Positions 38,281 to 49,100 of a stretch of 64,000 bases of DNA are shown here, one piece after another (position 1 is the stretch's first letter; each line of letters begins with the position of its first letter). The notes under the pieces were generated by a model that saw nothing but the letters and a program-made list of their open reading frames with translations, searched no databases and had not been told where the DNA came from. Made by a program: the position numbers and the translations under genes. Origin of the DNA: Planctomycetota bacterium (lineage in GTDB: Bacteria > Planctomycetota > UBA1135 > UBA2386). The DNA is taken from assembly GCA_965223545.1 (NCBI GenBank), contig OZ245006.1:1056001-1120000 (forward strand). The letters are read 5' to 3'.

Positions 38281-38676
38281 TCAGGCATCCTCCGCCGGCA
38301 CGGCCTCGAGGGCATCGACCAGGGCGCGCAGCCGCCGCAGCTCGTCGGCCGTCGGCGTGCGCAGCGCGATCGCGTTCTCCACCAGCTGGTCCAGCGAGCC
38401 GTCGAAGGCGCGCTGCAGCAGGCCGTCCAGCAGCCGCCGGCGGGTCGGCGCCGGCTCGACCAGCGGCCGGTAGACGAACGCGCGGTCGTGCCGCCGGAAG
38501 GCGACCAGCCCCTTCTCGCTCATCGTGCGCAGCAACGCCTGCACGGTGTTCTGCACGATGCCGAAGTGCGCCATCGCGGTGTGCACCTCGCGCACGGTGG
38601 CCTCGCCGCGTTGCCAGAGAATGCCCAGGATCTGCAGCTCGCGCTCGGTGGGCTCCGGGGGAGTCGGACTTGCCAT
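38281..38676 (-). CDS. BlaI/MecI/CopY family repressor
   Basis: TERELQIL.ILW..GEATVREV, TVQ.LL..M.EKG.V, FDGS. Confidence 0.92.
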   Translation of the reverse strand: MASPTPPEPTERELQILGILWQRGEATVREVHTAMAHFGIVQNTVQALLRTMSEKGLVAFRRHDRAFVYRPLVEPAPTRRRLLDGLLQRAFDGSLDQLVENAIALRTPTADELRRLRALVDALEAVPAEDA

Positions 38677-38833
38677 AGCCCCGACATCGGCAAGCTGAGC
38701 GCACTCAGTTGAGAAGAATCGGAGCTCCCTCGCTGGCAGCGAAACGGCACCGCCAACGCTGTTTCGCCGCAGCTTCGCTCGCCTGAGATTCCCCGGTCGT
38801 CCGCCGATACGGCGTGCACAAAGAGGCCACGAG

Positions 38834-39280
38834 ATGAAGATCGCGATCGTCTACCACCGCGAGAGCAAGAAGGTGATCAACCTGCTCGGCACTCTCAACC
38901 AGGAGCGCTACGGCAAGAAGTCCATCACCCGGATCACCGCCGCCCTGGAGCAGGGCGGTCACCAGGTGGCGACCTTCGAGGGTGACCGCGACCTGATCGA
39001 CAACCTCGAGGAGTTCATGCCGCGCGTGATCAAGGGCGAGCGCCCCGGCATGGCCTTCAACCTCGCCTACGGGATTCAGGGCCAGGCTCGGTACACGCAC
39101 GTACCCGGCATCCTCGAGATGATCGGGCTTCCGTACGTGGGCTCGGGCCCGATGGCGCACTCGCTGCCGCACCTGCCCTACCCGATCGTCGAGCCGCGCA
39201 ACGAGGCGATCTCGTTCGGCGTCCAGATCGTCAGCGACGAGGACGAGCTGCGCGGCCCGCGGCGGGCGGTGGAAGGGTGA
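38834..39280 (+). pseudogene. Truncated, internally deleted D-Ala-D-Ala-ligase-like ATP-grasp gene
   Basis: FNLAYGIQG, GILEM.GLPYVGSG...AHSL, then jumps to PYPIVEP.NE..SFG without the DK..K segment; stops after about 148 aa. Confidence 0.7.
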
Positions 39281-40055
39281 ACACGCGCATGCCGGCGAAC
39301 GAGCCGCTGACCGGCCGCCGCTCGATCGGCAGGGGAATCTGCGCCAGATCGTCGCGCTGGATCAGGCCGTCGTGGCCTGCATGTCGTTGTGGATCGACTC
39401 CGCGATCTCACCCCGATAGAAGTCCTCGTAGCCGGCGGCGGCGAGCCGCCGCAGGGTCCGCGCGAGCACCGGCTGGCGCAGAATGTCGCCGGGGGCGTAC
39501 GCGCGGCGGCCCTCCTTGAGGAAGAACTGCGCCGCGGTACCGCTCTTGAGGTGCTTGAGCTCGCGCACCGTCAGCCGGTGCTGCAGCTCGCTGACCGGAT
39601 AGCCGCCCTCGGCGAGCTCGATCGCGGGCTGCAACACCTGCGCGAACGGCAGCCGGCCGTAGCGCTCGTGCAGATAGCCCAGTGCCGCCGGCGTACTGGG
39701 CACCGTGGTGGCCTGGTGTCCACGCCGCCGCTCGGAGGCCTTCGGCTCCGCCGGCGGCGTGCGGTGCGGCGCGCGCGAGGAGCCATCGACCGCGATCGTC
39801 TTGGCCTGCTCCGCGAGGTAGACCAGCGCCATCGTCTGGCCGCCGAGCCCCGAAGCCGCCGGCTCACAGACGCCGAGCGCGAAGGCAGCCGCGACCGCGG
39901 CATCGACGGCATTGCCCCCCGCCGCCAGTGTCCGCCCGCCGGCTTCGCTCGCACACCAGTGCTTGGGTGGCGACCATGCCGCCGGCGTCCGCCGCCAAAC
40001 GCTGCGGGTAGGTCGGAGTGGAGGCGGGTTTGGCTCGCTTCTTTGGAGCTTCAAC
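39245..40055 (-). pseudogene. ggt: Frameshifted, truncated gamma-glutamyltransferase
   Basis: GGMVATQ/HW..SEAG...GGNAVDAAVAAAFALGVCEP.ASGLGG...FYRGEIA/DGLI..DDL...F.LPPP; frameshifts near 39962 and 39373; C-terminal half absent. Confidence 0.8.
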
Positions 40056-40167
40056 GCCCGCCCCACGGCCGGTTGGCCGCCAACCTCGACAGACGCGGGC
40101 ACGCGTGCTCCTGTAACACCCGCGCACCGACGACGACCTATCCGTCCGCGCCCATGGCCCCGCCCGC

Positions 40168-43100
40168 ATGACCTCCACCCTCCCCGAGTCCGAGCGACCA
40201 CCGGCCTCCGGCGACGAGGCGGCACCGCTGACCTTCGGCCAGCAACGGCTGTGGTTGCTCTGGCAGATGGGGCGGCAGCTGACCGAGTACAACGTTCCGC
40301 AGGCGCTGCTGCTCGAGGGGGCGCTCGATCGGCGCGCGCTGGCCAGCGCGATCGATGCCGTCGTGCGCCGGCAAGCTGCCCTGCGCACGGCCCTCACCGA
40401 GGTGGACGGCGAGCCCGCGCAGCGAGTCGTGCCCGCCCGCGCCACCGAGTTCGCCGAGCTCGACTGCAGCGGGACGCCGGACCCGCTGCGGGCCGCGCTC
40501 GACTGGGCCGCCGGTCTCGGCGAGCAGCCGTTCGACTTCGGCGAAGGCCACCTGCTGCGCTGCGGCCTCGCCACGCTCGGCCCGCAGCGGTCCTTGCTGT
40601 CCGTGACCCTGTCGCACTTCGTCTGCGACGGCTGGTCGCTGGGCGTGCTCTGGCGCGAGATCGACCACTACTACGGCGGCGGCGACGGGCCCGCTCCGCT
40701 GCCCCGATCCCTGGTCGAGCACGCGCGGTGGCAACGCCAGCGCTTTCGCGAGCGGCGGCCAGCGCTGGTGCGCTACTGGCGCGAGGCGCTCAGCGGCGCC
40801 CCGACTCTGGTCCTGCCGACCGACGGCGAACGCACCTTCCGCAGCCCGCGGCGCGGCGCCCTGCTGCGCTTCGAGGTCGGAGCGGACACGCTGTGCGCGG
40901 CGCGCGCGCTCGGCGCGGAGTGCGGGGCGACGCTCTACATGGTGCTGCTGGCGGCGGTCAAGACCGTGCTCGCGCGCCACTCCGGTCAGAGCGACGTGGT
41001 GATCGGCTCGCCGATCGCGCACCGCGCCGAGCCGGCGGTCAAGCCACTGATCGGCATGGTCGCCAACATGATGGTGCTGCGCACCGACCTCGGCGGCGAG
41101 CCCTCGTTCCGCGACGTCGTGCAGCGCGTGCGCGAAGTGGTGATCGGCGCGGTGCAGCACTCGGAGATGCCGTTCGAGCAGCTGGTCGCCGAGCTGCGGC
41201 CGCCGCGCGACCGCACCCGCAACCCGCTGTTCGACGTCGTCATGGTGCTCGATGACGAGGCCGCTCCACCGCGCCTCGGCGATCTGTGCGCGCGCGAGCT
41301 GCAGCCGCCGCACACCACCGCAAAGTTCGACCTCACCTTGGCGATGGTGCCTGCGGGCGACGGCCTGCGCGCCGTGCTCGAGTACGACACCGACCTGTTC
41401 GCGCCTGCGCGCATCGAGCGCCTGGTCGGCCACCTGCAGCTGCTGCTGCGCGCCGGCGTCGACAACCCGCAGCAGTGCGTTTGGCGGCTGCCCATGCTCA
41501 CCGAGCGCGAGCTCGGCCGCGTGCTGCCAGGAGCCGCCCGGCTGGCGCGCGGCGCCGCGCCCACGCCGGTGCTGGAACGTATCGCCGCGCAAGTCGCCGC
41601 GCGACCCGACGCCACCGCGATCGTCGATCCCGACGGCACGCACCTCGCGTTCGGCGCGCTGTGGCAGCGCGCGGGCGCACTGGCGGCGCAGCTGCGCGCG
41701 CTCGACGGCGACGGGGACGCGATCGGAGTGCTGCTGCCGCGGGGCATCGACCTGGTCGTGTCCCTGCTGGCGGCGTGGCGCGCCGGCCGCGCCTACGTGC
41801 CGCTGGACCCGTTGCACCCGGCGCCCCGGCTGGCGGCGATGATCGACGATGCCCGCATCGGGTGTGTGGTCGCCGATGCCGTCGATCCCGCGCTCGAACC
41901 TCACCTGCGGGAGCGGGGTGTCGTCCACGTCGCGCCGCGCGCTCCGTCGCCGGCGGACGCGCCGCGGCCGAACGGCGCCGCCGAGACAGCGGGCGCGCTC
42001 GCCTACGTGCTGTTCACATCGGGCTCCACGGGTCGTCCCAAAGGCGTCGAGGTCACGCACTCGGGCCTGGCACACCTGGTCGACTGGCATCTGCGCCGCT
42101 ACCCGGTCGGCCCGGGCGAACGCGCCGTCTCGGTCGCCGGCGCTGGCTTCGACGCCTTTGGCTGGGAGCTCTGGCCCCCGCTCGCCGCCGGCGCCGCGGT
42201 CTGGCTCGCGGACGACGCCGTGCGCGCCGATCCGGCGCGGCTGTGGGCTTGGCTGCGGGACAACGCGGTGCATTGGGCCTTCGCGCCGACCGGCCTCGCC
42301 GAAGCGATGTTGCTGCAGTCCGGTCCCCCACCGCGACACCTCCGCGCATTGCTGACGGGCGGCGAACGCCTGACCCGCCGGCCGCCGCCGGCGCTCGGCT
42401 TCACCGTGCACAACCACTACGGACCGACCGAGGGCACGGTGGTCAGCACGGCGGCCCGCGTCGATCCGGGGCCGGCGGCCGCGGGATCGCCGCCGATCGG
42501 CACGCCGATCGACGGCACCCTCGCGCTGGTCGTCGATCGCTGGCAACAACCGGTTCCGGTCGGCGTCAGCGGCGAGCTGTGGATCGGCGGCGCCGGCGTC
42601 GCCCGCGGCTACCGCGGAGACCCCCAGCGCACGGCGGCCCACTTCGTCGAGCACCCGCTGCTGCCCGGCGTCCCGATGTACCGCACCGGCGACCAGGTGC
42701 GCTGGCGCGAGGACGGCCAGCTCGACTTCGTCGGCCGCCTCGATCACCAGATCAAGATCCGCGGGCTGCGGGTCGAGCTCGGCGAGATCGAGCACGCGCT
42801 GCGACGCCAGCCGGCGGTCGGCGAGGCCGTCTGCGTGGTGCAGGGCGGGGAGCAGGCGCCGCGCCTCGTCGCCTACGTCTGCGCCCGACCCGGGCACCCG
42901 CTCGACGTCGAGCAGCTGCGGGCCGCGCTGCTCGACGCACTCCCGATCGCCATGGTGCCCGCCGCGATCGTGCTGCGCACCGGGTTGCCGCGCACGGCGA
43001 CCGGCAAGGTCGACCGCACCGCTCTGGCCAGCGACGACGCGCGCCTCGAGCGCGGCGCCGCCGACCGCGAGCCACCGCGCGCCGGAGTCGAGCAGCGGCT

Positions 43101-46100
43101 GGCGGCGTTGTGGTGCGATGAGCTCGACCTTTCGCGCGTCGCCCGCGACGACAACCTGTTCGAGATCGGCGGCCACTCGCTGCACGCCATCCGCCTCCGG
43201 CGGCGCATCGAGCGCGAGTTCGGCGTCGCCGTGCCCGTCGCGCTGCTGTTCGAGCACAGCAGCATTGCCACCATGGCGGCCCACCTCGCCGGGCAGGATC
43301 CGGCGGCGCCGCCGGCGCCCACCGCTGCTGCGGACCGCAGCGCCGCGCCCGCCTCCGACAGCGATGGCGAGGCCGATGCGGCGATCGCGATCATCGGCAT
43401 CGGCGGACGGTTTCCGCAGGCAAAGACGCTGGACGAGTTCTGGGACAACTTGTGCGCCGGCCGCGAGGCGGTGCGCTGGTTCGACGACGCCGAGCTGCGC
43501 GCCGCCGGTGGGGTGCCGGACGCGCTCCTGTCGGACCCGCAGTACGTGCCGGCGCGCGCCATCCTCGAGGACATCGATCAGTTCGACGCCGGCTTGTTCC
43601 GCACCAGACCGCGCGAAGCCGAGCAGCTCGATCCCCAGGTCCGCCTGTTCTTGGAAATCGCCTGGCAAACCACCGAGGACGCCGGCTACGACCCCCGGCG
43701 CGTTCCCGGCGAGTGCGGCGTGTACGCCGGCTGCGGCATCAACAGCTACGAGCGCCACTGCCTGGCGCACAACCCCGACTATCGCGCGCGCACGCGCGGG
43801 TTCGAGCAATCGCTGGCCGACCAGCAGTTCTTGACGCTGCACGTCTCGCACAAGCTGGGCTTGCGCGGGCCGAGCCTGCAGATCGACACGGCGTCGTCGA
43901 CCTCGCTGGTCGCCGTCGTGCAGGCCTGCCAGGCGCTGCTCGCCGGCCACTGCGATCTCGCGCTGGCGGGCGGCGTCAACCTGTCGGTCCCCCAGCAGGT
44001 CGGCCACCTGTTCCGCGAGGGCGACATCAACTCGCCCGATGGCCACTGCCGGCCGTTCGACGCGGCGGCCGCCGGCACGGTCGGCGGCGAGGGCGCCGGT
44101 GCGGTGCTGCTCAAGCCGCTGCGCGCAGCGCTGCGCGACGGCGACCCGGTCCGCGCGGTGATCCGCGGCGCGGCGATCAACAACGACGGCAGTGCGAAGG
44201 TCAGCTTCACCGCGCCGAGCGTGCAGGGCCAGGTCGACGTCATCCGCAAGGCGCAGCGCAAAGCGGGCATCGACCCGGCGACGATCGACTACGTCGAGTG
44301 CCACGGCACGGCCACGGCCTTGGGCGACTCGGTGGAGATCGCCGCCCTGCGCCAGGCGTTCGCCGCCGGCGGAGAGCGCGCGGCGCGGTGCACGATCGGC
44401 TCGCTGAAGTCCAACCTGGGTCACCTCGACGCCGCGGCGGGCATCGCCGGCCTGCTCAAGACCGTGCTGAGCCTCGAGCGCGGCGCGCTGCCGCCGACGC
44501 TGCACTTCGAGACCGCCAACCCCGAGCTGCACCTCGACGAGTCGCCCTTCGAGGTCAACACGAGCTTGCGCGCGTGGCCGCGCCACCCGCATCCGCGCCG
44601 CGCCGCGGTCAGCTCGTTCGGCGTCGGCGGCACCAACGCGCACGTCGTGCTGGAGCAGGCGGCGCCGCCGCCGGCGGTGGAGAGCGCGGCGCCGGACGCG
44701 GCCGACGCGGCCTCCCTCCTGGTGCTGTCGGCGCGGAGCGAGGCGGCGTTGGCGCGCATGCGCACAGCGTTGGCCACCCATCTCGAAGCCGGCGGCGGCG
44801 GTCCGCTGCGCGATGTCGCCTGGACCCTGCAAACCGGCCGCCCCGCCTTTCGCCACCGCCACGCAGTGCTCGCCGACGACCGCGCCGGCGCCGTGGCCGC
44901 GCTGCGCGGGGAGCGCGGCTTCAGCGGCACGCGCAGCGACGCGAGTCCGCCGGTCGCCTTCTTGTTGCCCGGTCAGGGCAGCCAGCACGCCGGCATGGGC
45001 GCGGCGCTGTACCGGCACTGCGCCGCCTTTCGCCGCGCGTTCGACGAGTGCGCCGACGGCTTCGCGCCGCTGCTCGAGCTCGACTTGCGCAGCCTGTTGT
45101 GGGGAGACGAGCACGCCGCGCAGCGGGCGCGCCTCGACGAGACGCGGTTCGCGCAGCCGGCCGTGTTCGCCGTCGACTACGCCCTCGCCCGGACCTGGCT
45201 CGAGCTCGGCGTACGGCCCGCGGCGCTGCTCGGCCACAGCCTCGGCGACTGGGTCGCCGCGACCCTGCTGTCGGTGTTTCGGCTCGAGGACGCTCTCCGC
45301 TTGGTCGCGCTGCGCGGCGCGCTCGTGCAGCGGCTGCCGGCCGGCGCCATGCTGCACGTCGAGCACGCCGACGATCCCGTAGCGCTGCGTGGGCTCGGCG
45401 TGCCCGTCGGGGACGGACCGGCCGAGCTCGCGGTCGCCGCCGTCAACACCGAGGACAGCTGCGTGCTCGCCGGCACGGTCGCGGCGGTGGCGGGCGCCGA
45501 GGCCGCGCTGGCAGCCCGCCGGATCGGCTGCCGCCGGCTGGCGACGAGCCACGCGTTCCACTCTGCCATGATGGAGCCCGCCCTCGACGAGCTGGCGGCG
45601 GCGGTCGCCGCCACCGAGCGGCAGCCGCCCGACAGCGAGTGCGCGGTGTACTCGGCGGTGCGCGGGGGACGCATCGCCGCCGAAGCTCTCGCCGACGTCG
45701 ACTACTGGGTCGACAACCTGCGCCAACCGGTGCGGTTCGCCGCCGCGCTCGCCGCGTTGCGACGCGAAACCGCGGCCGTGCTGCTCGAGGTCGGCCCGGG
45801 ACAGGCGCTCACCGCCGCGGGCCGCGCCGGTGGCGACGGCGCGATCGCGATCCCCACCGCCCCGCACCCGGCGCGCGCCGCGCACGAGCTGCGCGCTTGG
45901 CGCGGCGCCGCCGGCCAGCTGTTCATCCGCGGCGTCGACCTGCGTTGGGAGGCGCTGCACGACGGTGAGCGGCGGCGGTGCTCGCTGCCCGGCACGGTCT
46001 TCGCGCGCGAGCGCTACTGGATCGAGCCGCACGCGCCGCACGCGCCCGCGCCGCGGCAAGCCGCGACGGCCAGCGAGGACCGCCTGCCGCGGGAGCAGTG

Positions 46101-49100
46101 GCTGTCGGCGGCGACTTGGCAGCGCGCCGGGCGCGTTCCAACCGCGACGGACACCGGCGGCAAGTTTGCCGTGCTGACCGGCACGCCCGCGTCGCGGGCG
46201 TTGGCCGACCGGCTGGCGGCCGGCGGCGCCGCGGTGCGACGCCACGACGCCGGCTCGCTCGACGACGCCACGCTGCGGGCCTTGCTCGCGGACTCGGGCA
46301 TCGACGCAGTGCTGGTGGCGCACGAGCTGGCGGCGGACGCGCCGGCGACGCCACCGCTCTGGCAGCTGCTCGAGCGGTGCCACCAGCTGCGCACCGCGGG
46401 CGACCGCGACTTCCCGGCGGTGGTCGCGGTCACCGACGGCCTGCTGCCGGTCGCCGGCGAGGCCATCCGACAACGCCACCGGGCGGCCGCCCTCGCCGCG
46501 TGCCAAACGCGACGGCAGTCAGGCTGGATCGACCTGCCCGCGCGCTTCGCAGCCGAAGACTGTGACGCAGTCGCTGCGCTGGTCCGGCGCGCGCGCGGCG
46601 GAACGGTCACGGCGATCCGCGACGGCCTGCTTTGGCAACCGACACATCGAGGCCTGCGGCCCGGCAGCGCGCGCCCGCTGCGCTGCGACGGCACGCATTG
46701 GATCACCGGCGGCACCGGCGGCGTCGGCACCGCCCTCGCGACCGCGCTCGCCGACGCCGGCGCCGAGCGGCTGGTGCTGATCGCGCGGCAGCCGGCCAGT
46801 GCGGCCGCGCTCGCCCGGCTGGCACCGCTGCGCGCGCGGGTCGACGTGCGGATCGTCCGCGCCGACGTCACCGACGCCGCTGCGCTGCGCGCGCTGCTCG
46901 CCGAAACCGGGCCAGTGCGCGGCGTGGTGCACGCCGCGTGCCCCCGCCCGGACAACGACAACGAGGCCACCATCGCGGCGGTGCTGGCCGCCAAGATCGA
47001 CGCCACCGAGCACCTCACCCGACTGCTGGTCGCGCAGCCGCTGCAGTACTTCTGTGTCTGCTCGTCGCTGGCAAGCGTTCTGCCCACGGCCAGTGAAAGC
47101 CGCGTGCGCGCGGCCTACGCCGCGGCCAACGCGTTCCTCGACGCCTGGGCTCAGGACCGCCACCCCTGGCCGACGGTGGCAATCGGCTGGGAGACCTGGC
47201 GCGAGGCAGGCATGGCGCGCGCGGCGCTCGGCGACGAGGCCGCCGACGCGCACCCCGAGCTCGCCCTCGGGCTGAGCGACGCCGACGGCCGTTGGGTGCT
47301 CGGTGCGGCCCTCGGCATGGACGAGCCGCTGGTGCGGGTGTCGACCACGGCGCTCGAGGATCGCTTGCGCGACGTTGCGCCAGCGCCGAACTCTCCCGCC
47401 CCGCGGCCAACCGCAGGGTCGCAGACCGCCGGGCCGGAGTCGATCGAGGCCGCGCTGCGCGCGGCGCTGCTGCCGCTGCTGGGCGTCGATCGGATCGAAG
47501 CCGAAGACGACTTGTTCGAGCTCGGCTTCGACTCCCTGGTCGGCCACCGCTGGATCGCCCGCCTGCGGCAAGCCGGCATCGAGCTGCCGCTGCGCGCGGC
47601 GTTGGAGACGCCGCGGCTGACCGCGCTGGCTGAGGTCGCGCGGCCGATCGAGGCGTCCACTGACGCGCGCGAGCACCCGCTACTCGGCGCGACGCTCGAG
47701 TGCGGTGCGTCGCGCGGCCGCTGGCAATCGACCCTGAGCCCGAGCCGCGACTGGGTTCTCGGCGAGCACCGCGTCGGCGGCCGCGCGGTGCTGGTGGGCA
47801 GCGCCTACCTGGAGCTGGCACGCGCCGCATTCGCCGCCTTCCGCGCCAGCGAACGCGACGCCGACGGACCGGTCGAGATCCGCGACCTCACCCTGCTGCG
47901 CCCGATCACGGCGGCGGACGGCGGCAGCGCGACGCTGCACACCAGCGTGCGGCGCGACGCCGAGAGCGCCGCGTTCGAGGTCTCGGCCGGTGAGCACGGC
48001 CCGCCCTTCGCCACCGCCCGCCTGCGACCCCACCGCGACGCTGACCCCGCCCCGTTGGACCTGGCCGGGTTGCGCCGGGACGGCCGCCGCCTCGAGCCCG
48101 CGGCCGCGCCGACTGCCAGTGGCGCCGCCTTCGGCCCGCGCTGGCGTTGTCTGCGCCAGATCTGGCACTGTGCGGAGGGAATGCTGGCCGAGCTGCAGCT
48201 GCCCGCCGCCCACGCCGAGGCCGACGCTGCCTTCGCGCTGCACCCAGCTGTGCTCGACGCGGGGGTCTGCATCGACGGCGCGCCAACGGCGCAGTTGGTG
48301 CCATTCGCCTACGAACGCGCCACCGTCTACGGCCCTGTGACTGCGCACTGCTTCGCCTGGACGCGAGTACGCGCGCGCGCCGAGCGACAGTGCGTGGTCG
48401 ACGCGGACTGGGTCACGCCGGCCGGTGAGACGTGCCTGTCCGTCCGCGGCCTCGTACTGCGCCGCGCGTCACCCCGCGACAACGCCCGCCTACACATCGC
48501 CACCCCCGGCCTGCTGGAGACCCTGACGCTGGTGCCGGCACCGCGCCGCCCGCCGGCCGCCGGTGAGATCGAGATCGCGGTCGCCTTCGCCGCGCTCAAC
48601 TTCAAAGACGTGCTGCTCGCCCTGGGCAAGATCAGCCACGACGGCAACGCCGAGCCCCCGCTCGGCTTCGAGTGCGCCGGCACCGTCGTGCGCGTCGGCA
48701 CGGGCGTCGACGGACCACACGTGGGCGACTCCGTCGTCGCCCTGGCCCCCGGCGCGGCGGCGCACTACGTCACGTGCGCCGCCAACGCGGTCGCCCGCTG
48801 CCCTGACGGACTCGACCTGGCAGCGGCCGCGACACTGCCCGGCGCCTACCTCACCGCGCACCACGCGTTGGTGACACTGGCAGAGCTCCGGGAAGGCCAG
48901 CGCGTGCTGATCCACGCCGCCACCGGCGGAGTCGGCAGCGCCGCTGTGCACGTCGCTCGCGTACGCGGCGCGGAGGTGCTGGCGACCGCCGGCTCCCCGG
49001 CCAAGCGCGCGCTGCTCCGCGATCGCGGCGTGCGCCACGTCGCCGACTCACGCAGCGACGCATTCGCAACGATGGTCGGCGCCGCGACCGACGGCCGCGG

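Noticed and set aside
40138..46506. 2122-aa minus-strand ORF and similar long antisense ORFs (e.g. 52017-54986 +, 6856-8478 -)
   Set aside because: Shadow frames opposite well-supported genes in very GC-rich DNA; no recognisable motifs.
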